64,000 nt of DNA from Candidatus Levyibacteriota bacterium (GTDB lineage Bacteria; Patescibacteriota; Microgenomatia; Levybacterales; UBA12049): assembly GCA_009695045.1 (NCBI GenBank), contig SIBS01000002.1, positions 26,774-90,773 on the forward strand, given 5' to 3'. The stretch's first letter is position 1; each line of letters opens with the position of its first letter. The position numbers and the translations under genes were made by a program. Of the stretch, positions 46,233 through 60,669 are shown piece by piece. The notes beneath the pieces were generated by a model. That model had not been told where the DNA came from and did no database searches. It was given only the letters and a program-made list of their open reading frames with translations.

Positions 46233-47318
46233 TCATAAATATATTTTTTCTTCAATTTGATACGCAAGAAGAGGATTCCACATTGCTCCAGTTGCTGATT
46301 GCACAGCATTTGCACCTGCCTTTATATAATCTGTGAAATCTACTGGAGACATCATTCCTCCAACACCAATAATCTCATAAGAATAATTAAATCTCTCTTT
46401 TAATAAATTGAGTCTTCTTACCATATCTATTCCTGCCCATTTTATACTAGCCCCGCATACGCCACTGATGAGTCTATTGGGTCCAGGAAGTGCCTGTAGT
46501 CCATTATTATCAACAATAGGTGCTGGTATGGTATTGATGGCTACAATTCCATGAACAAAGGGAGATATCTTTTTAACAACATCTTCTAATAAATCTTGTT
46601 GATCTTTGGTGAAATATCCTAACTTTGCCAATATTGGAATATTTCCAACTTTTTCTTTTGTTTTTTTGCAAATTGATTCTACAGCACTAGGTGTATAGCA
46701 AATTACGCCTTCATTAGCTACGTTTGGGCAAGAAAGATTAATTTCTATTACTTTTACTCCTGTTTCTTTTGCAAGCATTGCTGTATGGGCAAAATCATTA
46801 TAGTAATCTTCTTCCGTATAGCCATTTTTTATTGTTCCAACAACACTTGCAATTAGAAGTTGTCCAGATTTTTGATATGATAATGCTTTTTTCATATCCT
46901 CCTGCCATATTTCTGGGCCCATTGATGGGATACCAAAAGAATTAGTTATGCTAAACTGTATTTTTGATTTTTTTGTTGACTTTTTTCCTATAAGTGGTTT
47001 TTTTGTTTTTTTAATCGTTAAATTTCCGTCAATATCTACATATAATACATTTGGAAATGAGTTACATGGAAAAATAATGCTTCTTTGTGTTTTATAGTGA
47101 TTTACATCGAAACCAAAATTAAATGCTTCCTTCATAAATTGTGAATTAAGTAGTGGTCCTGCTGGAATTCCAAAAGGCAGATTAACATCAAAACCGAATA
47201 ATTTATAAGTTGTATACTTTTTCCTTTTGAGAGGTTTTATATTTGCGTTAAATAATGGAGGTCCATTTTTATAGTTTTCTTCATAGCTAATTTTTGGATC
47301 ATAAAATACAGGATTCAT
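46233..47318 (-). CDS. pyrD: Dihydroorotate dehydrogenase
   Basis: FGFDVNLPFGIPAGPL (compare GLKFKNPxGLAAG), FMN-binding GVKVIEINLSCPN. The track start at 47363 overlaps atpC by 40 nt. The internal ATG at 47318 (MNPVFYD...) lies 2 nt after the atpC stop and is the more likely start. Confidence 0.8.
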   Translation of the reverse strand: MNPVFYDPKISYEENYKNGPPLFNANIKPLKRKKYTTYKLFGFDVNLPFGIPAGPLLNSQFMKEAFNFGFDVNHYKTQRSIIFPCNSFPNVLYVDIDGNLTIKKTKKPLIGKKSTKKSKIQFSITNSFGIPSMGPEIWQEDMKKALSYQKSGQLLIASVVGTIKNGYTEEDYYNDFAHTAMLAKETGVKVIEINLSCPNVANEGVICYTPSAVESICKKTKEKVGNIPILAKLGYFTKDQQDLLEDVVKKISPFVHGIVAINTIPAPIVDNNGLQALPGPNRLISGVCGASIKWAGIDMVRRLNLLKERFNYSYEIIGVGGMMSPVDFTDYIKAGANAVQSATGAMWNPLLAYQIEEKIYL

Positions 47319-47322
47319 ATGA

Positions 47323-49984
<2,662 letters not shown>

Positions 49985-49985
<1 letters not shown>

Positions 49986-51526
49986 TATTTCTTAATCTCC
50001 TTTGATATTTTATTAAATGAATTTTTAAATGCTTCTAATGCTTTTTTCATTTCATTTAATGTTGTCTCTTTTATTTTTTCTCCACTTGCAAGTAAATCTA
50101 TTACATTTTTATAATTTGCATTGACAAAGGAGTGCATTTCTAATTCGAATCTCTGTACATCTTCAATCTTTATATTATCAAGGCATCCATTTCCAACACA
50201 CCAAATACTTAGTATTTGAAATGCTTCTGAAAGGGGATTATATTGTGATTGTTTAAGAATCTCAACTGTTCTCTTGCCTCGTTCTAGTTGTGAAATTGTT
50301 GCTACATCTAGTTCGCTTCCAAATTGTGCAAATGCTTCAAGTGCTCTAAATTGTGCAAGCTCTAATCTTGTTTTTCCTGCAATTGATTTCATTGCTTTGG
50401 TCTGGGCTGATCCACCAATCCTTGATACAGAATTACCAGCGTTAATTGCTGGCCTTATACCGCTATTGAATAAGTCAGATTGTAGGAAAATTTGTCCATC
50501 CGTAATTGAAATTACATTTGTCGCAATATATGCAGATATATCTCCTGCCTGTGTTTCGATAATTGGAAACGAAGTTATGGATCCACCGCCAAGATCTTTA
50601 TTAAGCTTCACGGATCTTTCTAGTAGTCGACTATGAAGATAGAAAATATCTCCAGGATATGCTTCTCTCCCAGCTGGTCGCCTAAGAACGAGAGATAGTT
50701 GCCTATATGCCCATGCATGCTTTGTTAGATCGTCATAAACTATCAATACATCTTCACCTTTCTCCATGAAATATTCCGCAATAGATGTCCCCGCATAAGG
50801 TGCAAGATATTGTTGCGCTGCGGAATCAGAAGCGCCAGCAACTACAACAACCGTATAATGAAATGAACCTTCGTCTTTTAATCTTTGTATTATTTGCGCT
50901 ACGGTACTTTGCTTTTGTCCGATGGCTACATATATACATATTACTTGTTTTTGAGTTTTTAGAATATTTTTTTGATTTATAATTGCATCTATTGCCACTG
51001 CTGTTTTACCCAAGCCTCTATCACCAATAATAAGTTCCCTTTGACCTCTGCCTACGGGAATCATTGTATCTATTGCTTTTATGCCTGTTTTAAGTGGAGT
51101 ATCGACTGGTTCACGATCAATTACACCAGCTGCAATTCTTTCAAGTGGAATACTTTTTCCTTTTTCAATTTTAATTTTACCATCTAAAGAGTCTCCCATG
51201 GGATTTACAACTCTACCAAGAATTTCATCAGATACATTAATGCTAAGAAGATTTCCTGTACTTTTTACAGTGTCTCCCTCGCGAAGTGATCCTCCTCCGC
51301 TTAAAACTATAATAGATACGAATTCTTCATCGAGATTAAATACGACACCAGTGCTATCGTCTGAAAAAATAACAATTTCCCCCATACCAACCCTTGATAA
51401 TCCAGAAGCGGTAATAACACCATCAGTATTTTTAATAACTTTTCCTACGTTATCTGTTTTAGGATCGTTAGAAAATGTCATAAGACGTTTTTCCAATTTT
51501 TCAATTATTTCATTACTATTAATCAT
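49985..51526 (-). CDS. atpA: F1 ATP synthase subunit alpha
   Basis: Walker A GDRGLGKTA; 513 aa. Confidence 0.95.
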
Positions 51527-51878
51527 AATTTTCGGTAATATGTGCGATAAGATTATCTAGTGTGTTCTTTAGATTATACTCCGAAATGATGTCTTTGTTA
51601 ACCACTCTCATCCCAGTAATAATGGATGGATCCACATCGAAAACAATTTTCTTATTTGGGAAAACTTCTTTCAGTTTTTTTTCCTCATCTATGCTTGGCA
51701 AAGTTGCTAATTTTACTAAGACGCTTTTATCCTCTTCATATTTTTTTAATGCAATTATATACTGTTTTAATTGGGTACGAGAAAGTAAATCAGTTAACTT
51801 TTCTACGGTTGCTTCATCTAATTCATCATCACTTTTATAACTAGTAATAACTAAATCTTTAATTTGTTTTTTTGTCAT
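51519..51878 (-). CDS. atpH: F1 ATP synthase subunit delta (OSCP), N-terminally truncated form (119 aa)
   Basis: C-terminal region VFDVDPSIITGMRVVNKDIISEYNLKNTLDNL matches the delta C-terminal pattern (VDPSLIGGLVVRVGDRVIDGS). It sits between atpF and atpA. The start overlaps the atpF stop, so it cannot be longer. Confidence 0.7.
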   Translation of the reverse strand: MTKKQIKDLVITSYKSDDELDEATVEKLTDLLSRTQLKQYIIALKKYEEDKSVLVKLATLPSIDEEKKLKEVFPNKKIVFDVDPSIITGMRVVNKDIISEYNLKNTLDNLIAHITENYD

Positions 51879-52384
51879 TAATTTGCCTTTCCTTGAATTT
51901 GTTTAGTTAATTTATCTATTATTTCTTTATGTGTTTTTTCTGAAAGTGAATTTTTTAGACTTTTTTCTAATATTTTTAATGCAAGCTTAGATACATCAGC
52001 AATAAGTGTATATTCTGCTTGTTTTATTTCTTGTATAATTTGATTTCTTGCTTCTTTAATAATTCTTTCTCCTTGTTTTTGTCCAGATTCCTCACTCAGC
52101 TTAATAATATTTATTGACTGATTTTTTGCTTCTTCAATAATTTTTACAGCTTCACCTTGTGCCTTTCTTAATATTTGTTTTTCTTCATCTATAGCTCTTT
52201 TCATTCGAATGCTATATTCATCAGCTTGATTAAGTCCTTCATCAATAAATTGTTGTCTTTTTCTTAACATATCTAATAGAGGTTTGTATAGAAATTTTTT
52301 TAAAATAAATAAAATAATAATAAAATTAATAATTTGTGCTGAAAAAAGTTTTATATCAAATCCAAACTGATGCATTATTTCCAT
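51878..52384 (-). CDS. atpF: Fo ATP synthase subunit b
   Basis: N-terminal TM (IINFIIILFILKKFLYKPL) followed by a long charged helix. 168 aa. Confidence 0.85.
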   Translation of the reverse strand: MEIMHQFGFDIKLFSAQIINFIIILFILKKFLYKPLLDMLRKRQQFIDEGLNQADEYSIRMKRAIDEEKQILRKAQGEAVKIIEEAKNQSINIIKLSEESGQKQGERIIKEARNQIIQEIKQAEYTLIADVSKLALKILEKSLKNSLSEKTHKEIIDKLTKQIQGKAN

Positions 52385-52487
52385 AAAATTATAAAATTCA
52401 AATATATATTTAAACGAAGGATCTTAATTTATATTAAGATACCTCGTCCGAATATATCGGACTTAAGATTTTTCAATTATTTAAAAC

Positions 52488-53434
<947 letters not shown>

Positions 53435-53449
53435 AAATTAATTTAACTA

Positions 53450-53478
53450 ATTTTAATGGTATTATAATAACAAGTCAA
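53450..53478 (-). promoter_or_regulatory. Candidate sigma70-like promoter for the atp operon (TTGACT-N17-TAAAAT on the minus strand)
   Basis: -35 is the reverse complement of AGTCAA at 53473-53478; -10 is the reverse complement of ATTTTA at 53450-53455; 17-nt spacer. There are only ~15 nt to the atpB ATG and no Shine-Dalgarno is visible. Confidence 0.3.
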
Positions 53479-53521
53479 GACATATAGATATAATCTATCC
53501 CATATAAGCAAGTAACTATAG

Positions 53522-56500
53522 TTAATTTGAGTATAAGCTAGTTGGAAACACCTTATTTACTATAATTGTTGATTTGTCATTTTTTGCATCAATTTGACCA
53601 TCGATAATCACGGTAGTATCTACAATAAGAAGATTTTTATATTTTTCAAATATTTTTGGGAATACAATGCATTCAACAGACACTCCTTTTTCATTAGTAA
53701 GAAGAATAAAAGCCATTTCGTTATTAGTTTTTTTTGTAAATATTTTTTTTGATGATTCTATTATTCCGCCAATTTTTACTTTTGCGCCTTCTTTTTCTTC
53801 TGAAAGAATTTCTAATTCATGGGTTATGTAAGATCGAATTGCGATAAGATTTTGTTGTTGGGGATGAGCTGTTAAATAGAATCCTAAAAATTCTTTTTCG
53901 AATACAAGTTTTTCATTTTCTGAAAATTCTTCAACTACATTATGTATATTTATAGATTCTTTATTTTCAAATAAATCTTCTTCAAAAAGTGAAAATTGAC
54001 CCTCCAAAGATTGTTTTTTATTTTTCTGTACGCGTTCTGAAATGATGGGAAGATTGATTAATAAGCTTGCTCTGTTTCCAAATTTATCCATGGATCCTAC
54101 TTTAATGAGACTTTCTAAAGTTTTTTTAGTAACTTTTGATAAATCAACTCTAGAACAAAAATCTTCTATGCTTGAAAATTGCTTTTTATTTCTTGCTTCA
54201 AGAATTGTTTCAATTGCTGCTTGTCCAACATTTTTTATTGAAAATAAACCAAATCGTATCTTTGTTTTATCTTCAATACTAAATTCATGATTTGAAAGAT
54301 TTATTTCTGGAGAAAGAATAGTTAATTTTAATCGCTTACATTCAGATATTACTTGTGCAATTTTTTCATTTTTCGTAGGGCCAGTTGATCCACGAGATTC
54401 AGCAGTAAGAAGTGCAGTCATAAATTCTACTGGATAGTGAGACTTGAGATAGCCTGTTCTGAAGGCGATTGTTGCATAGCATGCCGCATGTGCCTTATTA
54501 AATCCATATCCAGCAAATGGAGATATGAGTTCATATATTTCTTCTGCTTTTTTTTGCGTTAATCCTTTTATAACGGCCCCCTTAAGAAATTGTTCACGTT
54601 GTTTTTTCATTTCTCCAGGAATCTTTTTACCCATTGCCTTGCGAAATTTATCTGCATCAAGCCAATTATATCCAGCGATAATCATTGTTGTAAGTAATAC
54701 ATCGTCTTGATAGGTAAGAATTCCATAAGATTGAGAAAGTATGTCTTTTAATCGTGGATCTGGATATGATATGAGGGCTGAATCATGCTTTCTGGCAATA
54801 AAGTCAGGGATATTTTGCATGGGTCCAGGTCGATATAGTGCAACCATTGCCATAAGATCAAAAATAGTTGTTGGTTTAAGTTCTTTTATGTATCTTCTCA
54901 TTCCAGATGATTCAAGTTGAAAAATTCCAGTTGTTTCTGCGCTTGCAAGCATTGCAAATGTTTGTGGATCATCAATTGGAACTTTGGATAAATCAACGTC
55001 AATATCTTGATTTTGTTTTATAAATTTTAAACATTCTTCAATTGTTGTTAGATTTCTTAGACCAAGGATGTCCATTTTTAATAATCCTACACCATCTTCT
55101 CCAACGGTATACATATCATATTGTGTAACAATTTTATCGCCATTACTCTCTCTTTGAAGTGGAGTATAATCAGTAAGAGGTCTATCTGCAATTACGATAC
55201 CAGCTGCATGAACTGAGGCATGACGCGCAACTCCTTCTAATTTCTTCGCGACATCTATTAATCGTTTTGTATCATTCTCTGTTATATATGCTTTTTTTAA
55301 ATCTGGGCTTTCTTGTAATGCTTTATCAATTGTCATTGCATGACCTTGCCAACCAGGAGGAATCATTTTTGAGATTCTATCTGGTCCTGAATATGGCATT
55401 CCAAGTGCACGACCTGCATCGCGTATTGCTCCCTTTGCCTCCATTGTTCCAAAAGTAATAATTTGCGCAACCTTATCTTCGCCATATTTTTTTGTAACAT
55501 AACGAATAACATCATCTCTCCTTGTATCTGCAAAATCTAAATCAATATCAGGGGCTGATGGACGATAAGGATTTAGAAAACGCTCAAATGGCAATTTAAA
55601 ATAAAAAGGATCTACATCTGTAATATTTAACGCATATGATATGACTGATCCAGCAGCTGACCCCCTACCTGGTCCAACTGAGATATTTTGATTTTTTGCC
55701 CAATTTACAAAATCAGCAACAACTAAAAAATATGTTTCATAACCTTTTTTCAAGATTATGGATAATTCGTATTCTACGCGTGTTTTTATTTCTTCTGTAA
55801 TTTCTTCATATCTTTTTGAAAGTCCTTCATATGTTATATCTCTAAGATATTCTCCAGTTTTTTTTCCTTGTGGCACTTCAAATACTGGCATAATCCATTT
55901 ACCAAGTGTGATTTCTAGATTGCACATGTCTGCAATTTTTACTGAGTTTTCTAATGCCTCTGGTAAATCCATGAATAAAACTGTCATCTCCTCTTTAGAT
56001 TTTATGTAAAAATCTGGAGAATTAAGCATCGAGAGCTTTCTATTTGGGGTATCAATTGTTGTTTGCGTTTGAATACAAAGAAGAATTTCCTGTGCTTCTG
56101 CATCATTGCTTCTTGTATAGTGATTGTCATTCGTTGCAACCAATGGTATTCCAAATTTCCTAGATAATTCAATGAGCTTTTCATTAAGAATTTCTTGTGA
56201 TGGAATATTATCATGTTTTTGTATTTCAAGATAAAAATGGTCTTTTCCGAAAATACTTGATATTTTTTTTAATCTTTCAATGGCTGTTTCTTCTTGATTA
56301 TGTAATAATGGATTTGCTATATATCCGTTTAAGCAAGCGCTTAAGCAAATAAGTCCTTCATGATATTTTTCTAATAATTCTATATCAACACGTGGTTTGT
56401 AATAAAATCCTTCTAAGTGAGAAAGAGAAACTAACTTCATTAGATTTTTATAACCCGTATGATTTTCAACTAATAAAATAAGATGATTATAGTTTTTGTC

Positions 56501-56746
56501 TAAGGTAGAATCTTTATCGTGACGTGATCTTTTTGAAATATAAATCTCACATCCAATAATTGGCTTTATTCCTTGCTCAAGGCATTCTTGATAAAATTTT
56601 ATAGTGCCATACATATTTCCATGATCTGTTATGGCGAGAGCTTTCATGTCTAACTCTTTTGCTCTGGAAATCATATTTTTTACTTTTGATAAACCATCAA
56701 GAAGTGAATATTCGCTATGATTATGAAGATGTACAAAGTCAGCCAT
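53522..56746 (-). CDS. dnaE: DNA polymerase III subunit alpha (DnaE-type)
   Basis: N-terminal PHP domain MADFVHLHNHSEYSLLDG; polymerase core motifs (GVGPGRGSAAGS). 1074 aa. Confidence 0.92.
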   Translation of the reverse strand: MADFVHLHNHSEYSLLDGLSKVKNMISRAKELDMKALAITDHGNMYGTIKFYQECLEQGIKPIIGCEIYISKRSRHDKDSTLDKNYNHLILLVENHTGYKNLMKLVSLSHLEGFYYKPRVDIELLEKYHEGLICLSACLNGYIANPLLHNQEETAIERLKKISSIFGKDHFYLEIQKHDNIPSQEILNEKLIELSRKFGIPLVATNDNHYTRSNDAEAQEILLCIQTQTTIDTPNRKLSMLNSPDFYIKSKEEMTVLFMDLPEALENSVKIADMCNLEITLGKWIMPVFEVPQGKKTGEYLRDITYEGLSKRYEEITEEIKTRVEYELSIILKKGYETYFLVVADFVNWAKNQNISVGPGRGSAAGSVISYALNITDVDPFYFKLPFERFLNPYRPSAPDIDLDFADTRRDDVIRYVTKKYGEDKVAQIITFGTMEAKGAIRDAGRALGMPYSGPDRISKMIPPGWQGHAMTIDKALQESPDLKKAYITENDTKRLIDVAKKLEGVARHASVHAAGIVIADRPLTDYTPLQRESNGDKIVTQYDMYTVGEDGVGLLKMDILGLRNLTTIEECLKFIKQNQDIDVDLSKVPIDDPQTFAMLASAETTGIFQLESSGMRRYIKELKPTTIFDLMAMVALYRPGPMQNIPDFIARKHDSALISYPDPRLKDILSQSYGILTYQDDVLLTTMIIAGYNWLDADKFRKAMGKKIPGEMKKQREQFLKGAVIKGLTQKKAEEIYELISPFAGYGFNKAHAACYATIAFRTGYLKSHYPVEFMTALLTAESRGSTGPTKNEKIAQVISECKRLKLTILSPEINLSNHEFSIEDKTKIRFGLFSIKNVGQAAIETILEARNKKQFSSIEDFCSRVDLSKVTKKTLESLIKVGSMDKFGNRASLLINLPIISERVQKNKKQSLEGQFSLFEEDLFENKESINIHNVVEEFSENEKLVFEKEFLGFYLTAHPQQQNLIAIRSYITHELEILSEEKEGAKVKIGGIIESSKKIFTKKTNNEMAFILLTNEKGVSVECIVFPKIFEKYKNLLIVDTTVIIDGQIDAKNDKSTIIVNKVFPTSLYSN

Positions 56747-56775
56747 ATAAATTTTGATGATCCAAATTTATTTGA

Positions 56776-58098
56776 TTATTTTTTATTAAGTTTATTTTTT
56801 AAGATATTTTTAATTATTTCTATATCAATCTTTTTGTTTATAGATTTCATTACTTGTCCAATTAAAAACATTATGACGACTTCTTTTCCATTTCTAAATT
56901 CATCAACGGCTTTTTGATTATTTTTTAATACATCATCAGTTATTTTAGAAAGCTCTATTTCATCAATACCTTCCTTCTTAGAAGAATGAATAATATCCTT
57001 AATGAGATCTTTTACTGAAATGGATAGGATGTTTATTTTTTTATTAATTAATGTATTTGCAATTTGTTTTTGTGATAAGACTCCTTTACTTTGGAATACA
57101 GCTTTTTCAAAATAAGCAGCAAGTGATGCATCACGTATTAAAATCTCTGCATTATAGGAAGAAAGTTGATATTCTTTTTCAAAACGAATTAATTTGTCAT
57201 TAGGCAACTCGGGCATTTGAGATGTAATTTTATCAATTTGTAACTTATCCCATTCTATTGGTGGAATATCAGGTTCTGGAAAATATCGATAATCATTTGC
57301 TTTTTCTTTTATTCTCTGAGATATTGTTATTTGTTTTAACTCTTCCCATCCACGTGTTTCCTGTAGTGGTATTTCGTTTTTATCTAGTAATTCTCTCTGT
57401 CTTTTAATTTCAAATTGTATAGACTTGTCTACGAATCTGAAAGAATTAATATTCTTTATTTCAACTTTATATTTTGGTAATTCAATTTCTCCAATAATTC
57501 GAAGTGATATATTGGGTTCAAGTCGCATATCTCCTTTTTCCATATCTGCATTAGATACATTTAAGTAACGGACAATTTGTTGTAATTTTTGTAGATATTG
57601 ATTTACTTCAAATGAGCTACGAAAATCTGGTTCAGTTACAATTTCTACTAGTGGTACGCCAGATCTATTAAAATCTATGAGACTAACATTTCCCTTATGA
57701 GATAGTTTGCCTGTGTCCTCTTCCATATGTACTCGTGTTATGCCAATACGTTTTATTTTGTTATCTTCAGTAAGCACTTCTATCCATCCATTTTGGCAAA
57801 ATGGTTGATCATATTGGCTAATTTGATATCCTTTTGCAAGGTCAGGGTAAAAATAATTTTTTCTATCAAATTTTGAAGTTAATGGAATTTCACAATTAAG
57901 TGCAATTCCAATTTTAATGCACCATTCGATCGCTGTTTTATTTGGTACAGGTAATGCGCCCGGTAAGCCAAGACATGTCGGACAAGTATGAGTATTTGGT
58001 TTGTTGCCAAAATAATCAGCCGAGCATCCACAAAACATTTTTGATTTTGTTTTTAATTCTACATGCACCTCTAATCCTATTATTGGTTCGTAATTCAT
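56776..58098 (-). CDS. gatB: Asp-tRNA(Asn)/Glu-tRNA(Gln) amidotransferase subunit B
   Basis: MNYEPIIGLEVHVELKTKSKMFCGCS is the canonical GatB N-terminus. Confidence 0.92.
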   Translation of the reverse strand: MNYEPIIGLEVHVELKTKSKMFCGCSADYFGNKPNTHTCPTCLGLPGALPVPNKTAIEWCIKIGIALNCEIPLTSKFDRKNYFYPDLAKGYQISQYDQPFCQNGWIEVLTEDNKIKRIGITRVHMEEDTGKLSHKGNVSLIDFNRSGVPLVEIVTEPDFRSSFEVNQYLQKLQQIVRYLNVSNADMEKGDMRLEPNISLRIIGEIELPKYKVEIKNINSFRFVDKSIQFEIKRQRELLDKNEIPLQETRGWEELKQITISQRIKEKANDYRYFPEPDIPPIEWDKLQIDKITSQMPELPNDKLIRFEKEYQLSSYNAEILIRDASLAAYFEKAVFQSKGVLSQKQIANTLINKKINILSISVKDLIKDIIHSSKKEGIDEIELSKITDDVLKNNQKAVDEFRNGKEVVIMFLIGQVMKSINKKIDIEIIKNILKNKLNKK

Positions 58099-59504
58099 AT
58101 ATTTGGTTTTACTTTATGCCATTCTGTTGATTGTTCAAATAAATAAGCAGCTCTGACTATAAGCGCTTCGGAAAACTGTGGACCAATTAACTGCATTCCT
58201 ATAGGAAGTCCTATCGAAGAAAATCCACATGGAATACTTATTCCAGGTAATCCCGCAATAGATGATGGCTCCACCAGCATATCTGCTATTTCTCCAAACA
58301 TTGGATGATTTTTAGTTGATCCAAGTGGCAATGCTGTTGATGGAGAAGTGGGGGATAGAATAATATCTACTTCCTTAAATGCTTCATTAAAATTCTCAAT
58401 TATTACTGTTCTTACCTTTAATGCTTTATTATAATATTGATCATAGTATCCCGCCGAAAGTGTATATGTTCCTAGAATAATTCTTCTCCTTGCTTCTTCT
58501 TCAAAAAATGAACGATCATTACCATAGCGAATACCATCATATCTGGCAAGGTTGGATGACACTTCTGAGCGTTGTAATATTGTATATACAGCTATGGCAT
58601 ATTTTGGAGCAAATAAAGAAATTTTTTTAATTTTAGCACCGAGTTTTTCAAATTGAAAAATAGCATTTTCAACAATTTTTTTAACTTCATCATCAACTCC
58701 GTCAAAATAATCATCACTTATTCCAATAGTAATTGGATCAATAGATTTTTTTATATCATTAGCAATACTAATAGGAGGGATAGGGGATGATGTTGCATCA
58801 TGGACATCGTGTCCAGAAATAACATCAAAAAGCAAAGCGCTATCTTCAACAGTTTTTGTAATTGGACCAGGGCTGTCAAGTGATGACGCCATTGCTATGA
58901 CGCCATATCGACTTACGCGTCCATAGGTTGGCTTTAATCCTACAACTCCACACCATGATGCAGGTTGACGAATAGATCCTGCTGTTTCAGATCCAATTGC
59001 GCCAATAGCTTCATCTGCTGCAATGCAAGCAGCTGATCCTCCAGAAGATCCACCCGGAAGATAATCAATATTCCATGGATTTTTTGAAGAGCCATAATCA
59101 GATGTTTCCGTAGATGAACCATGAGCCCATGCATCAAGATTAGTTTTTCCTAAAAGTACCATTCCTGATTCTTTTAATCTTTTAACAACGGTCGCATCGT
59201 ATTGAGGTATGAAATTATCAAGTAACTTGCTAGATGCCGTAGTGCGAACTCCAATTGTACAAAAATTATCTTTAATTGCAATTGGAATTCCAAGAAGAGG
59301 AAGATCATCATTTTTAGCCAATCTTATATCTGCTTCTTTTGCATTTATTAAAGCTTCTTCTTTTGTAATTGTTACAAATGCATTTATTTTATTTTCCACA
59401 TTATCTATTTGATTAAAAACTGCCTCAGTTATTTCTAGTGAGGAGAATTTTTTTGCCCTCAATCCCTCTCCTGCCTCTTTAATAGTTAATTGATTAAGTT
59501 TCAT
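58095..59504 (-). CDS. gatA: Glu-tRNA(Gln)/Asp-tRNA(Asn) amidotransferase subunit A (amidase signature)
   Basis: Amidase signature GGSSGGSAA with Ser-cisSer-Lys triad context. 469 aa, between gatC and gatB. Confidence 0.92.
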   Translation of the reverse strand: MKLNQLTIKEAGEGLRAKKFSSLEITEAVFNQIDNVENKINAFVTITKEEALINAKEADIRLAKNDDLPLLGIPIAIKDNFCTIGVRTTASSKLLDNFIPQYDATVVKRLKESGMVLLGKTNLDAWAHGSSTETSDYGSSKNPWNIDYLPGGSSGGSAACIAADEAIGAIGSETAGSIRQPASWCGVVGLKPTYGRVSRYGVIAMASSLDSPGPITKTVEDSALLFDVISGHDVHDATSSPIPPISIANDIKKSIDPITIGISDDYFDGVDDEVKKIVENAIFQFEKLGAKIKKISLFAPKYAIAVYTILQRSEVSSNLARYDGIRYGNDRSFFEEEARRRIILGTYTLSAGYYDQYYNKALKVRTVIIENFNEAFKEVDIILSPTSPSTALPLGSTKNHPMFGEIADMLVEPSSIAGLPGISIPCGFSSIGLPIGMQLIGPQFSEALIVRAAYLFEQSTEWHKVKPNI

Positions 59505-59523
59505 TGTTTATTATTATTTTATT

Positions 59524-59811
59524 TTAATCTGATGATAAAATTGCCTTTACTTTAAACATTCCTTTTTCTGTGCAGCTTGAATTTCTTAATGCTTCTTCTT
59601 GAGAAAATGATTTAGATATTATATCTTCACGAAAAATATTTTTTAGTCCTGTCACCTGATTTGTTGGTTCTTTTCCATCAGTATTGATCTCCTGAAGGCT
59701 TTCAATATAATAAATAGTTTCCAATAATTGCTCTTCTAATTTATTTTTATTTTCATCATCTAGTGGAATATTTGCCAATTTTGCAATACGAGAAATATCA
59801 ATTTTACTCAT
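59524..59811 (-). CDS. gatC: Amidotransferase subunit C
   Basis: 95 aa; DISRIAKLANIPLDDENKNKLEEQL matches GatC (xVxHxAxLARLxLxxEE). Confidence 0.85.
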   Translation of the reverse strand: MSKIDISRIAKLANIPLDDENKNKLEEQLLETIYYIESLQEINTDGKEPTNQVTGLKNIFREDIISKSFSQEEALRNSSCTEKGMFKVKAILSSD

Positions 59812-59887
59812 AAAACCATTATAATAATTTATGAACCTGAAGGCAAGGACATCAAGGTATTTAAAAAATAAATATTATTATCATTTT

Positions 59888-60655
59888 TTAATGATTAAGT
59901 TTATTTAAAATATAATTATGTGCTTCAAATTCAAGAGAATCATCAAGGGGAATTAATTTAATTATTTTATGATACTTAATCTCTAAGGCTTTTTTTATTA
60001 TCAAATCTGCTAGATGTGGATTTTTTGGTAAAATAGGGCCATGAAAATAGGTACCAAAACTATTTTTATATATTGCCCCTTCTGTTTTATCTATGCCATT
60101 ATTACCAAAACCAAAAGTAACTATACCTAATGGAGAAATATTATTACCCAAATATGTTCTGCCCCCATGATTTTCAAAACCAACAAGCGTATTTGATTTT
60201 AAATCATCAATAGTAGGATTAATTATAATATCGCCAACTAAACGTTTTGCATTTATCTCTAGATTTTCAGTATAAATATCAAATATTTTAAGACCTTGAA
60301 TTATATCTCCATCTGCTTTTTTATAATATTTACCTAATAACTGATATGCACCGCAAATATATAGTCCTGGAATATTATTTTCAATCATCTTTGAGATACT
60401 ATTTATTTTATCTTTTGTTAAATCAGTTGATACAATTTCTTGTTGTTTATCTTGTGCGCCACCCATAAATAATATGTTACATTCAATTAAATCTTTTATT
60501 TTAAATCCTATTTCAAGTTTTCTTATTTCAATATCAATGTCTCGCCATTCACATCGTTTGGAAAGCGAAATAATATTACCCCTATCACCATATGTACTCA
60601 TAAGCTCAGGGTAAAGCCATCCTATTATTAATGAGTATTTTATTTTCTTTTTCAT
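59888..60655 (-). CDS. gatD: Lipid II isoglutaminyl synthase glutaminase subunit GatD (CobB/CobQ-like class I glutamine amidotransferase)
   Basis: Catalytic Cys in LYICGAYQLLG and His in GTYFHGPILPKNPHLADLII. About 250 aa, immediately downstream of murT. Confidence 0.75.
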   Translation of the reverse strand: MKKKIKYSLIIGWLYPELMSTYGDRGNIISLSKRCEWRDIDIEIRKLEIGFKIKDLIECNILFMGGAQDKQQEIVSTDLTKDKINSISKMIENNIPGLYICGAYQLLGKYYKKADGDIIQGLKIFDIYTENLEINAKRLVGDIIINPTIDDLKSNTLVGFENHGGRTYLGNNISPLGIVTFGFGNNGIDKTEGAIYKNSFGTYFHGPILPKNPHLADLIIKKALEIKYHKIIKLIPLDDSLEFEAHNYILNKLNH

Positions 60656-60669
60656 AAATTTTATATTAA

